From positions 1,553,223 to 1,617,222 of the forward strand of contig OZ316892.1 in assembly GCA_973895155.1 (NCBI GenBank): a stretch of 64,000 nucleotides of DNA, in the 5' to 3' direction. Source of the DNA: Marsupella aquatica (taxonomy: Eukaryota > Plantae > Marchantiophyta). Both the position numbers and the translations under genes were made by a program. Shown in pieces: positions 1 through 12,954 of the stretch. The first letter of the stretch is position 1. Each line of letters starts with the position of its first letter. The notes under the pieces were generated by a model, which did not search any database, was not told the DNA's origin, and worked only from the letters and a program-made list of their open reading frames with translations.

Positions 1-1201
1 CTTTTCAAAAGTGAGAAAAGTACAATATTACATGTGCATTAATTGAAAGATATTACAGTAGTGAGTAGTTAATGTACCTGTAAAAGTACAACACTTTATG
101 ATTCAAAGAGAAGAGCGTGAACTACTTAACTTTGTTTTTTAAATTTTTTTGCTCTATGTGGGGCTCTTTATTTCGGTGACACCTGTTCATCAATAAACCA
201 TGAACAATGTAAATTCTATGACCAATGATATATAAGATGCGCTCATCAGTGAATAGTGTACTAGTTGTTTGGTTGAAGGGCCTAACCTATGCCCCTCAAA
301 ATGTTTAGGGAACCTAATAAAAACTATGCCCCTTAAAATGTTCAGAAAATTTGTAAGGGACCTAATAAAAACTAAGGAAATTAAAAAAGTTAAGGGGGTG
401 GCCAAAAATGACTAAATTTTAAATAATACATGGGTAAAACATGGATTAGGCCAAATTAACATAAAAATACACTTCAATCAAAGTGAATGAGACAAGATAA
501 CCAAAGAGTATTCCACCATATAGTATAGCAGCCTAGAAAAAATCTGTCATCAGACGTTCCAACAATTGAGGCTTTGGGGCCACATAGGTTGAGTGACCCT
601 AGGGTGAAATAACGCCTGTGCAAAAGCTAGAGTTTGCCCTCACTTTAATATCTTTCTTGTCTTTTAATTGGATAAGGTGTCCAAGACCATTTGGCAAATT
701 AACACGTTAATGATTATTTTCACAATCATAAGAATTAGCAGGTGAGGAGTGAATTGCACGATAGAGGGGGGGGGGGGTAAAAAGGATCTCTACAATCAGG
801 ACTTTAGTTCTTATTAATTTACAAAGTATTCTAAAAGAGTCACACTCAATGACTAAAATTGTATGGTCTTTGGCAACTTTCTGGAAATTTTCTTGGAAGG
901 GTGCCTAACACTTTTGGAAGTGTGTCCAACCTTTTTGAAAGTCAATCTCTTGGAAGTGTACAAAACACTTTTGAAAGTGTCTCAAGCCTAAAAGTGTGTT
1001 TAACTTAATTTATATTTTCAATGTGTCTCTATCTTTTTTGAACTATTTTTGAAAATGTGTCAAACCTTTTTGGAAGTGTGTGTTCGAACACTTAATCTTA
1101 TTGATATTTTGAGTGTTCTTACTCTCCTTTATGAGCTAGTCCTTTCAGTATACTTTTGGGCAATCCACCAAGGATGCCCTCTGTCATGGATTACCCTTTT
1201 G

Positions 1202-1545
1202 TGTTAGATATTGCTCTAGTCTTGTGACTCATGAGCTAGCCACAGTTAGTCTAACTCGGGTTAGGACTTAGCTAATGTTAGCGGTAGTGCTATTGTGCAT
1301 ATAGCCAGGGCTGATGCCAGACCTTGGTGGAACTTAGGCTCATTGTTACGGAGCTAGTTGAGAGATAGAGAGAGCTTGTGCTGTGGATGTTTGGTATGGC
1401 CGGTCGGCCTAGAGTGCAGTAAAGCTCTTGTGTGTTCCCGTGGACGTAGTCTCATGTGGAGGTGAACCACGTATCTCTCTCTGTCAACTATTGTGCGTTG
1501 GATGGTTCATGGGCTTGCCGTTGCGAATGTCGTCTATGCTCAACA
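1202..1545 (+). mobile_element. Solo LTR of the copia family found at 3966-10970
   Basis: Runs TGTTAGATA...CTCAACA and is a near-identical reverse complement of the LTRs at 3966-4309 and 10628-10970. 5-bp TSD TTTTG at 1197-1201 and 1546-1550. Confidence 0.93.
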
Positions 1546-3384
1546 TTTTGAAGGTAATGTATGCAAGATGACTATCCAGAATCTAATACCTGGTTGCAAG
1601 ATTTTGGCTACCCTGGAACAATACACATAAGTTGTACTCAATTAATACTACTAACTATAAGCCTCTGCATTTCAAACTGTTGGCAAGAACCCAGGTTCCC
1701 CTGTGATTTCTACCCTCAAAAGGGTTATTGAGTTTTTTTTTTTTACAAAATCTGGAATTTGAAATCTTAATGTGAACCAATCCGTAACGTAAGGCACAAC
1801 TTGAATGATGTTGACATGGCCTTTTTCTGTCTTCCCTCATGAACCTTTGTGGTGGGCTTCAGGTTCCCACAAAAACTTTCACTTATGGGAAGGCAAATAA
1901 AGGAGCACATAATTGTTGCGAAGATCTGGGCGCCATCATGTAGAGGCATAAAATCCTTGTGTACTTTGGTAGTATTTGGCAAAGAAGTCCCAAATTTGGG
2001 ATTTGACATTGATCACACCAATATACTTTATCCCCTTATAGATAGGGTCTGAGTTCTTGGGAACATTCTATTTGCAATCCCAGAAGGGTTTCATAATAGA
2101 TGAAGGTGTGAATGAGAATTCATTAGCTCTAGCTGAGTCATACCTGACATCTGTTAGTACTAGGGCCAATGTACCAAGGCCGTGACCTGGGTCATGGTCA
2201 GCTGAACATAGTTAAATTCCTAGTTGTGCTAAAAAGAAGAGTTGTTGTAGTACTTCTGCTGTGCAACGTTGGGCAAGGGTCATTTGTTTACTAAAAAATT
2301 CCTTGCGAATCAACCTCAACCACCATGAGATGAGACAGACAATTACCTCTCAGTTTGGTGCACTACACTGGACTTTGGGGGGGGGGGGGAGTCTCATCAT
2401 TTCAATCATTTATTATTTTTAGTTTTACTTACTTACTTTTTAAAAGACATGCCAAAATACCATCACATCAAAATATGGCAGTACCCTTGTCTGGCCCTCT
2501 GCCAAGAAAAATGTCTCCTCTCCCCAGGTAGTGCTGTACCCCTCCCGTTAAAACACCCTTAATCCTCCACCCCTGCCCACCATAAAAAGAGACAACAAAG
2601 TGTACTTATATAAGTTTTCACTAGGATCACTTATTTAAGAAAATCCCATTAAAAGATGTAGCGGAGTACCCCGCTGCCCAACCCTCTCACTAAAAAAAAG
2701 GAAAACTAGAACAATTGGGATTAAACAAACCTTCACTAGGAAGACAAAAGAATCCTCTCTAAAAACAAATAAAGGATAGTTACTACTCGATCTCTCTCAT
2801 CTCATTTTGTCCCATGTTATTGTACTTTGCTCTCCCCGCCCTAAGCCGGCATGATGTGATCTGAATAATATATGTAAATTGTATAGTGTTGTATAATACA
2901 TTCCATCTGACAGTACATTTTAGGACTTTTTGGGGGGTCTCTTCACAACATGACAGCATCCACAACATGTTAGAGCATCCGCACCCATGCGACCAAAAAT
3001 GGCCCGCTATAGGCAAGATTAGCGAGGCTGTTGGGCACTCACTCGCCTGGGCAGTATAGCCGGCTGGATGGGGCCCCCACCCATCCGGCTAAATTTGGCC
3101 ACCATTTTCGGGTGCTGCGGCCATACGAGATTGGTTTCACAGGAACCCAACTCGACACTCCGAGGACAGAACGCGAGGCCCGCGACTGATGAGACTCGAC
3201 CACCATAGCTGCGGACCTTCAATCGAGGCCATACCTCCACAGGTTCAACCGAGGCCTGGCCATCATAGCTCAATTCGAGAGGGGTGGAGTAGCGCGCAGC
3301 CTCCATTGCTCCAAGATTGCACGAGAAAGGGTGTGAATTAGGGCTACGATCAACTAGTCACATTTGCAGCATTGCTTGGAGATA

Positions 3385-3965
3385 ATGACCTCTTATGACG
3401 AGTGGCGGGCTCAATTGAATCAGCAAATTCAAGATGAATTGAAAGAGCTGGATCAAGAACAGCCGTGGTGGGAGCACACCACTGTTTCTGGACCTTTGGC
3501 TCTCATGGAGTTCTACAGACAACACAATAGGAAGAAACGAGGTGGATCATTGCCTGGAAAAAGCAAGAACATTGATCAAGACAGAGAGCTTGGGCATGAG
3601 AGAATTTGGAAGGACTATTTTCGAGAGAATCCAGTGTACACAGATGCTCAATTTAGAAGGCGATATAGAATGAGAAGACATCTTTTCTGGAAAATCCATG
3701 ATGCAGTGTGTGAAGCTGACGATTATTTTGTCCAGAAACGGGATGTTGCTGGAGTGAAGGGCCTATCTTCAATTCAGAAAGTTACAGCAGCACTGAGACA
3801 ACTTTCACTTGGTGTTTCAGCAGATGCCATGGATGAGTATTGCCGCATTGGAGAAACCACAGCTATGGATTCTCTGAAGAGATTCTGCAGAGCCATTCGA
3901 GAGGTTTTTCAGGAAAAATACTTGAGGCAGCCTACCAAGGAAGACATGGAGAGACAACTGGAAAT
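3385..3965 (+). pseudogene. Harbinger/Pong transposase, N-terminal half
   Basis: Motifs DYF..NPVY...FRRRYRM and QKVTAALRQLSLG...DEYCRIGETTA...YLRQPT. Truncated by the copia insertion and rejoins the 10976 segment in frame. Confidence 0.9.
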
Positions 3966-4309
3966 TGTTGAGCATAGATGACATTCGCAACGGCAAGCCC
4001 ATGAACCATCCAATGCACAATAGTCGACACAGAGAGATACGTGGTTCACCTCCACATGAGGCTACGTCCACGGGAACACACAAGAGCTTTACTGCACTCT
4101 AGGCCGACCGGCCATACCAAACATCCACAGCACAAGCTCTCTCTATCTCTCAACTAGCTCCGTAACAATGAGCCTAAGTTCCACCAGGGTCTGGCATCAG
4201 CCCTGGCTATATACACAACAACACTACCGCTAACATTAGCTAAGTCCTAACCCAAGTTAGCCTAACTGTAGTTAGCTCATGAGTCACAAGACTAGAGCAA
4301 TATCTAACA
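3966..4309 (-). repeat. Copia 3' LTR
   Basis: Direct repeat of 10628-10970, preceded on the minus strand by the PPT AAGGGGGAGT(T) at about 4310-4320. Confidence 0.95.
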
Positions 4310-4519
4310 AACTCCCCCTTGACTTTTGTCTTGGGGACTGAACTAAATGCTATCATATGGAATCCTCAGCGGGAAGTTCTAGACAATTATCACCAAACCA
4401 GGTCTCCCCCTAAAAACCACAAGGGTTAACTAAGGGTTAAGTAGAACTAAGCCGTAGTCTAACAGGAATGAGTAATCCATATACAAATAGTCACACATTG
4501 CTAAATAACTCTACTTGCA

Positions 4520-7500
4520 CTACAACTGCAAAACCTGCAAAGTAGCACGGTGTCTTGAGAAACTCTCCAAAGGAATCACTTTGGTAAAGGCATTAGCGGG
4601 ATTGAGCTTTCCATCAATCTTGACTAGCTCAAAAGTTTTATCAGACACTGCTTGCCTGATAAAATGGTACCTGATATCAATGTGCTTCACCCTGCTATCC
4701 ATCACCTGGTTAGTAGCCAAGTGAAGAGCACTCTGACTATCACAGTTTAGAGTCATTTTGCCATGCTCTAAACCCATCTCCGCGATCAACTTGTCCAACC
4801 AAATTGCTTCCTTTGTTGTAGACCTCCTTGTATCCAGACAGCCTCCATAGTCAGAATCTACATAGCCAACTAACGTTCTATCTGATCTGTTATCAAATAG
4901 TAATCCATAGTCCTGTGTTCCCTTCAGATACCTGAGAATCCACTTCACAGCTTCCCAATGTACCTTCCCTAGATTTGACATGAATCTGCTAACCTTGCCC
5001 ATCACTAGGGCCAAGTCAGGCCTAGTACAAGTCATCAAATACATCAGACTGCCTACTACTTTCTCATAAGGAATCTTAGCCATCAGACCTTTCTCCACAG
5101 CATCCGTAGGAGAGAAAGCCGATGATAACTTGAAATGTGAAGCTAAAGGAATACTCACTGGCTTACAGTTTTCCATGTTGAATCGTGCAAGTACTTTCCT
5201 CGCATACTGGCCCTGACTCAAGCACAACTGTCCAGTATCAGAGTTCCTAAAAATCTCCATCCCTAAGATCCTCTTGGCCTTACCAAGATCCTTCATCCTG
5301 AATTCAACACTCAATTTTGCCTTGAGACTGTCAACTTCAGATTGATCTTTAGCCACAATTAGCATGTCATCCACATAGATCACTAGAATGATGAAACCAA
5401 ACACATCATTCTTGACTGATTTCATATACACACAAGGATCATATATACACCATCCTTGTAAAACCTTGAGCAAGCATGAAATCATCAAACCGCTTGTTCC
5501 ACTGTCTGGGAGACTGCTTCAATCCATACAAGGACTTGAGCAATCTGCAAACTAAGTTCTCTTGGCCCTTCTTCATAAAGCCTAGTGGCTGTCTCATGAA
5601 GATCAACTCTTCCAAGTTGCCATAGAGAAAAGCAGTAACAACATCCATCTGATCCATCACCAGACCAAAAAATACAACAAGCTGACACAAGATCCATATT
5701 GTGGAATACTTAGCCACCGGTGAAAAGACCTCATTGTAGTCCACTCTTTTCTCCTGAGTGAACCCCTTGGCAACAAGCCTTGCCTTGTAGATCTTATCTC
5801 CACCCTCTGAAGGAATGTCCTTCAACTTGTAAATCCACTTGCTGTCCACCACTTGTTGACCTCTTGGAAGCTCCACCAACTCCCATGTCTTGTTGCCACT
5901 CAAAGATTGCAACTCCCTCTGCATTGCTGCATTTCACTCATGCTTCTGTTCTGAAGCACAAGCCTCATTGTACGAAGAAGACTCTCCTTCTTCCAAGATC
6001 AAAGCCATGTCATCTTCATCAGGTGCAATGTCAATATCATCTAGCTTAGATGAGTCTGCCCATTGACCATACCTGGTAGGAGCTCTAGTAGAACGACTGG
6101 AAGTTCTTCTAGTAGATGACTCAGGCTGATCCGCTGCTGCTGCTGGTTGAATTTGAGATACCCCAACAACAATCTGCTCCTCTTGTTCCATCACAGGAAC
6201 CAGCTTCAAGCCCGGAGCTTCTCCATCTCTCCTGTCATGAACATCATCATGACTAATCTCCCCCTCAACCCGGTCCGGGATGGGAGATTTCCCCTTGTCA
6301 GTATGGAAGTCCTGAGAACTCTCCCCCTCCTTTGATGATCTGGATTCATTAAAGGACACATCTCTACTGACAATTAGCTTACAGGTTACTGGATCCCTTA
6401 ACCTATAACCCTTCACACCTTTCTGATAGCCAAGGAAAATGCACTTCTTGGACTTGGACTCCAGCTTGGATCGAAGCTGGAAAGGTGTAAGCACATAAAC
6501 ATCACATCCAAAAATCCTGAGATGTGAGTAATCTGCTGGACGCCTCGGGGGTTTCACTTCCACAAAAATGGCATATCACATGCGACGAAGGATAGGGTCA
6601 TTTTATTGGTTGTAAGGGAAGACTTAAGAATTTTTGTAGAAGAACAATAGGGTCTTTTAAATTCAATTTTGAGACTTATATCTTGAACATTAGGGCCTTT
6701 TTAATCCAATTTTTGGAATATTCCAAGAATATTCCAACTTTATAGGGGTTAAAAAATAATATTTTTTCTTATATTTTAAGGGGTCCAAGGCCTAAAAACG
6801 TCGCAGGTGATGGGGAGGTCCCTATGTAGTGAGACCCCCGAGCTGGACGCCCGTACCTCATTTCAAATGGCGTCTTGAATCCAATAGAATTGGATGGAGA
6901 AAAATTTACCAAATAAGCTGCAGTGTTGACAGTTTCAGCCCAAAACTCATATGATAAGCATGATTGACTCAACATACTCCTCAAGCGGTCCAATAGTGTT
7001 CGGTTGAGTCTCTCAGAAATACCATTCTGTTGAGGAGTATAACTTGTTGTGAGATGGCGGGTAATTTCCTACTCCTTACAATACGTTCCAAATTCCCCGG
7101 AACTGTATTCACCGCCGTTATCCGATCGAAGATATCTCACCTTATTACCAGTCTGATTCTCTACTTGGGCTTTCCACTCCTTAAAAGTGGCAAAAACATC
7201 AGACTTATTGTGTAGAAAGTATATCCACACATACCTTGAGTAATTGTCTATGAACGTGACATAGTATAACCGTCCAGAATGTGAGGGAGTAGGGGCTGGA
7301 CCCCATACATCACTATGTACATACTCAAGTACCTCCTTGCTGGTGTGAGTTCCAACTCCGAAGGGTTTCCTGTGCTGCTTCCCTAGCACACAATGCTCAC
7401 AAAATTCCAACTTACAAGATTGCAAATTTGAAAGTAATCCTTTCTTCTGAAGAATAGCCAAACCTTTTTCACTCATGTGGCCCAAACGGAAGTGCCACAG

Positions 7501-9000
7501 CCAGGCCGTCTTCTCATGAGATAAGGTTACATTGGCTTCATCACAAACTACACTGCCCTCCAAAACGTATAGATTGCTATGTCTCCTTCCCTTCAATACA
7601 ACTTTAGTACCAGTTGAAACCTGAAGGACACCATGCAGAACTCCACTGATGGCCATTTGCTTCTAAAACTCTAAGTGAAATGAGATTTTTCATCATGCTA
7701 GGAATATGTCTCACATTCCTCACCGTCCTCACAACACCTTCAAACATCTAAAATCTAACAGATCCAAGTCCAACAACTTGACATGGGATTCCATTTCCCA
7801 TCAACACTGACCCGTTGGAAACCGTGTAAGAACTGAAAAAATCTCTTCTAGAGCAAATGTGAAAAGTACATGCACTATCTAGAATCCAGTCATCACTACC
7901 TGGATTTGACACTACGTTGAGAGCATAACCTTGACATCACAATATGTCATCATCATCGAGTAAATCTACCTCATGCGAGCTTGATGCCGCGTTAGCAGAG
8001 GCAGTAGGGACCTTTACTCGACAATCCCTTTTCATGTGGCCAGGCTTGCCACAATTCCAACATGCAAGAGGCTTCCTCTCTTGCGATTTCCCTCTGGATT
8101 TAGATCTCCCCGTGATGTAGATCTAAACCTGTTCTGCCCATTTGTGTGCTGCGCTGCTCTTCCCCTGTTCACGTTCAGTGCAGTGCCAGAAGAAGATGCT
8201 GTCTATGATTGACCCAGCTTCTTCTGAACATCATTAGACAGCAAGGAGCTCACCACCGCATTATACGAAATGGACTTTAGATCTCTATACAAGAGCACCT
8301 ATTTCAAGCCCTGATATGATGGCGGTAAGGAGCTTAGCAGAAGCAAAGCCTTATCCTCATCTTCAACTCCTTTTCCCAGGTTTGACAGATCCACCGCTAG
8401 ACTGTCAAATTCATCCAGGTGATCCTACATTTTGCTCCCTTCCTTGAGCTTGAGGCTCATCAAGAGAGACTTCTTGTAAAGCCGGTCTGACGCATCTTCC
8501 CAGTAGTACTTCTCTCTAAGAGCCTTGAATAGTGACGCGCAATCCGCATAATCATCCAGCTGCTTGATGATATGCGGCTTGAGATATAGCATCACTGCAT
8601 TGACAGCAATCACCTGCTCCTGTCTCCACTGTCTCACATAAATCTCCTCCTCTCCATCATACTGCTCTCGCGAAGAGAGCAGATGAGCTAAGCCCATGGC
8701 CCGAAGGACACGCTTCACTTGCTTCTCCCACAGCAAGTAATCAATACGACCATCATACTTCTCCACCTCAAACTTCACTCCTCCAAATCTAGCCATCTCC
8801 CTCTTCTTCCCCACTACCAATAGCTCTGGTAGTAGTACAGCTTTCTCCACTGCACGCCGCACCGGTGATCTTACCGGTGTCACAAGTTCCTTCTCAAACG
8901 GTAGCAGCTCCTCCTCAGACTCACCATCTGATCGTCGCGATCCTGAAGCTCCACCAACGCCAATTCTTCCAATATCCTCCGAGTCACTCATATGAAACAA
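4520..9000 (-). pseudogene. Copia gag-pol polyprotein, disrupted
   Basis: Gag KFEVEKYDG, CCHC knuckle near 8020-8065, protease WILDS near 7880, GAG-pre-INT LWHFRLGHMSEKG, INT VHSDVWGP and LRSDNGGEY, RT YKARLVAKG, LYGLKQSPRQW and YVDDMLI, RNase H KHIDIRYHF. Has stops, frameshifts, an RNase H deletion (TRRSTT|KEAIW) and a MITE insertion. Confidence 0.93.
6544..6842. mobile_element. MITE inserted in the copia integrase
   Basis: TIRs CTCGGGGGTTTCACT and AGTGAGACCCCCGAG. TSD CTGGACGC at 6536-6543 and 6843-6850. Removing it restores EMRYGRPADYSH in frame. Confidence 0.9.
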
Positions 9001-10613
9001 TCACGAAAAAACGTCTTTTTTCGAAACTTCTCATAAAACTCAAAACTCAACACCACCGCGTAGCCCACGAAGCTAGGAGTCCAATACTGAAAGCCGAAAT
9101 CAAAATCGAAATTCGACGGAAAAGTTATTCAAATTTTGGTCGGGGTGGGTAAAACCTTGGGAAACTCCCCCGTTTTGACCACCTCGGAGAATAACCAAAA
9201 TACCAAGTACAACCCGTCGTCGGAATTGCAATGTGATCGGTGCGCCGTGTTGCTAACTCCAGTGGCAACGTCCTCACCAAAAAAGAACCAAAAAAATTAC
9301 CGTTAGGCAGATGGAATCTTCGTCGGACGGCCAAAAAACAGCTCTCTATTTTTTGAGAATATTCCCGCACAGTCCGACAGGTCTCACAAGGGGCCGTTCC
9401 CCCTGTCTGAGCGGTTAAAACGGAGGGCAGCAGGTCCCGACACCAGAGGAAATGCAAAGGAGAAAGAAAATGCTAAAAATGGGGCCTAAAGGGGGCCCTT
9501 AAGCCCAAAAATACCCCGTATAAAAAAGGCGGGCCAGGGAGAATACGCGTATGGGGCTGGGCGTTTACAAGGCGTATGGCCGGGCGAGGGCAGCTGCTTA
9601 CGCGTATGGGCAGGGCCGGACCAAGGGCTGCCGACTAGCGACTGCCGGTGCAAAAGTCGCTACTGCGATTTAACGTTGGGCCGAGGGAGGGGCGAACATC
9701 AGCCTGACGGCCGGCGGGAGGAGGGAGGTCGGGGCAGGCGCGAAGTGCGCCGGCCGGCGCTGCGGGGTCCGCCTTGGCTGCGTTTGCGATAGTATAGTGG
9801 GGAGGCGCGGGGTTCGAAAGGCGTATGGAGGGGAGGGGGGGTCGAAACGACGGCAGTGTGTGTGTATACACACACAGTATACACACACAAGGGCTTTAAA
9901 ACCCCTTTACAATAGAAAAATGGCACCAAAAAATAAATGCCGCATTACACACCTTGTTGTCGCCAATTCTCATGAGTAAAGTGAACGACGCCGACGAGAA
10001 ATGTTTCCGAATTGCATCGGCACAGTCTGCAAGCTCAGCAAAGACTAAACTTTCCGTCGTGTCACCTTCACTCCACGTCAAGTGCCAATCCCGGGCTCAA
10101 AACGACCGCCTCACCGTGATCAAACCGTTGAATCGTGGCACTCCGTATTTCTTCCACCGAGTCAGTCGTCACGAAGAGAAACCCGGTTCAGATGGGAACA
10201 AGCTCCATAGCTTGTGAAAAAACCTGAATGCCTCCTTTACTCATCACGTTGCACTCGGTAACAACTCAACAACAATCCAGCTACCGTAACGACAAGCTTG
10301 CATCAACCTTCAACTTAAGCTATAATGTGCGATCCCCCGAACACCGCACAGCTCACACCGTTGAACAACGCAAACTTTGGTCTCTCCCCCGAAAACCCGT
10401 CGAACATGAATAAAACCTGAATGATGCAAACTTTGATTCCTCCGCACGACGGATACCGATCAGCGAGTTCTAACCACCGTTAGAAAGCCCTCTCACTAAC
10501 CTATCCGCTAAGCCACACACATTTGAGTTTCATGCGATGAAACTCCGAATGTGCCACCGACAATGAACGCTGGAAAAACCTGTCACGAAAAAACCTCATC
10601 ACCTCCCAGGCAT

Positions 10614-10625
10614 GCTCTGATACCA
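10614..10625 (-). promoter_or_regulatory. Primer-binding site (tRNA-iMet)
   Basis: The minus strand reads TGGTATCAGAGC two nucleotides after the LTR end. Confidence 0.9.
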
Positions 10626-10627
10626 CT

Positions 10628-10970
10628 TGTTGAGCATAGACGACATTCGCAATGGCAAGCCCATGAACCATCCAATGCACAATAGTCGACACAGAGAGAT
10701 ATGTGGTTCACCTCCACATGAGGCTACGTCCACGGGAACACACAAGAGCTTTACTGCACTCTAGGCCGACCGGCCATACCAAGCATCCACAGCACAAGCT
10801 CTCCCTACTCTCAACTAGCTCCGTAACAATGAGCCTAAGTTCCACCAGGGTCTGGCATCAGCCCTGGCTATATACACAACAGCACTACCGCTAACATTAG
10901 CTAAGTCCTAACCCAAGTTAGCCTAACTGTAGTTAGCTCATGAGTCACAAGACTAGAGCAATATCTAACA
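10628..10970 (-). repeat. Copia 5' LTR
   Basis: Direct repeat of 3966-4309, followed on the minus strand by the PBS. Confidence 0.95.
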
Positions 10971-10975
10971 GAAAT

Positions 10976-11726
10976 CAATGAGGGGAGAGGATTCTCGGGT
11001 ATGTTCACTTCATTAGATTGCATGCATTATGTCTGGAAAAATTGTCCTGTTGCATGGCAAGGGCTCTTTACAAACAAGGACAGACAAAAATCCATTGTGT
11101 TGGAAGCAGTTGCTGACCAGTCCTTATGGATCTGGCATGCATATTTTGGCCTTCCTGGAGGCAACAATGATCTAAACGTTTTGGACAGGTCCCCATTGGT
11201 GAACAATTTGCTGAGAAGTCAGGCTCATGAGCTCAAATTTACTGTGAATGGGTCTCAGTACGATAAATATTATCTCCTCACTGACGGTATCTACCCAGAT
11301 TGGTCAATTTTTGTTCAGACAATAGCATTGCCACAGGGTGAAGCCAGAAAGTGGTTTGCCAGATGCCAAGAAGGTGCACGGAAGGACGTGGAGAGAGCTT
11401 TTGGTGTGTTGCAAGCTCGTTTTAGCATTATTCGGAATCCTGTGAGGATTCACAACCAGGCTGTGATCAAAGACATCCTTCTTGCCTGTGTAATTTTACA
11501 TAATTTATGATAATAAATGATGAGCGACTAGAGAATTTGCCACAAGAATGGGAACAACTTACAGCAAGGAGAGAGACTCACAACTAGTGACTGGAAAGAG
11601 TACTTGGTTGCAACTCGAGTCATTGAGGATTCAAACACTCACTACATGTTGCGAAATGATCTAGTTGAGCATTTGTGGGCTCTCAAAGGTAGAGGTCATC
11701 GATTCAATTATGTTGGACAGATGTAG
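10976..11726 (+). pseudogene. Harbinger/Pong transposase, C-terminal DDE half
   Basis: RGFSGMFTSLDCMHYVWKNCP, GGNNDLNVL, YLLTDGIYP, RKDVERAFGVLQARF, CVILHN. Frameshift near 11505, after which MIINDER and LRNDLVEHLW follow in other frames. Confidence 0.9.
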
Positions 11727-11937
11727 TGATTTAGTTCAACACCAGAGATTGTACATACAAAGTTGAATTCAAATGGACACAACATCACAATTTCACAATT
11801 CTCTAAGCAAATTTTGATCTCATTTCTGCATGTACAATGTGAATTCTGAAATCTGGTCTAAACTTCCAAAATTGGACAGACACATTAGTTAATCTGCAGT
11901 GGAAAATTGAGCTATGAGCTACAAAATGTCATGGATC

Positions 11938-12954
11938 TTACTCAATTGGACTTCCCCTCCCTAGTGCTTGTTCCACTTCCAGTTGACTCATGAAGAAATT
12001 CTCGTTACCAGCAGGGCCAGTGGCTTCTGGAGTCTGGACTAATTCTGGAACAACAGGCTGCTCACTAATTGGCACCTCCGGTGAGGAACTTGATGTGCTA
12101 CGTCTAGTACTAGCTCTAGCAGCCTCAGCCTCTTCCTGTTCAATTCTCTGTGCGAATTTGGTAAGCTCTCGGGCTCTACAAGCTTGAATTAATTCCCTGC
12201 ATTCGTCGTCTACATCTGCAGCTCTCATACTAAACAGGTTGTGTAGGCTCTGATCCTCCAATATCTTCATCCGTTTGGCATTGGCGGCTGCCATATCCCG
12301 TTGAGCATAAGCTGCAATGCGAAAAGAGCACTCCTCAGACTTAAGCTTCTTGGCAGACTTGTTGCCAATCAGTCTCTGCTGTGAATTTGAGCTGAATTCC
12401 ACTCCATCTACTATTGAGAGACCTCCACCATGCTGGTTAATGATTTCTGTTGGCGAATGTGGTGTTGGAGGCACATTTGATTTGTCTAGCAGCCCACTCT
12501 TCCCCTTGCTCTGAGATTTGCCCTTCCCCTTGGATGCCATGTCCTCCACTGTCTGCGAAAATGGAGGGCAGTCTTTGAGCATGTACCAATAGTCTATGAA
12601 GGCAAATTCCTTCCCCTTTGCATTCTTTTGTTTATATAATTCCAGAACTTTCTGTAGAGTGTCCTCCTGATTTGCTCCCGACAACCTCAGGTCCTCTACT
12701 GCACTATATACACCCGAAAATTTTGCAACATCACGTTTCAGGTCCTGCCACTTGCTTTCCAATGATCTCGCTCCCCTCTCTTGAGTCCCCTTCGGTCGGT
12801 GATGGTTGTAGTGAGCAGCAACACGATCCCAAAATGCTGCATTTTTCTGCCTTGCGCCTACGATGGGGTCCTCGGAAATGTTCACCCAGGACATGCACAC
12901 TTGCTTCAACTCTGCATTAGCAAAATTTTGCCCCCGAGCATTGGTTCCAGCCAT
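11938..12954 (-). CDS. Harbinger/Pong Myb/SANT-like (NAM-associated type) DNA-binding protein
   Basis: 338-aa open ORF with NF..AE...VC.SW..ISEDPIVG..QK..AFWDRV...R..RSLESKW. Lies inside the TIRs, convergent with the transposase. Confidence 0.85.
   Translation of the reverse strand: MAGTNARGQNFANAELKQVCMSWVNISEDPIVGARQKNAAFWDRVAAHYNHHRPKGTQERGARSLESKWQDLKRDVAKFSGVYSAVEDLRLSGANQEDTLQKVLELYKQKNAKGKEFAFIDYWYMLKDCPPFSQTVEDMASKGKGKSQSKGKSGLLDKSNVPPTPHSPTEIINQHGGGLSIVDGVEFSSNSQQRLIGNKSAKKLKSEECSFRIAAYAQRDMAAANAKRMKILEDQSLHNLFSMRAADVDDECRELIQACRARELTKFAQRIEQEEAEAARASTRRSTSSSSPEVPISEQPVVPELVQTPEATGPAGNENFFMSQLEVEQALGRGSPIE

Larger units (their letters stand above)
3966..10970 (-). mobile_element. 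Ty1/copia LTR retrotransposon, full length and degenerate
   Basis: LTRs of about 344 bp at 3966-4309 and 10628-10970 (TG..CA). TSD GAAAT at 3961-3965 and 10971-10975. PBS and PPT present. Domain order gag-PR-INT-RT-RH. Confidence 0.96.

Noticed and set aside
1-2900. Short ORFs and possible degraded TE coding remnants outside the solo LTR
   Set aside because: No motif could be recognised with confidence.
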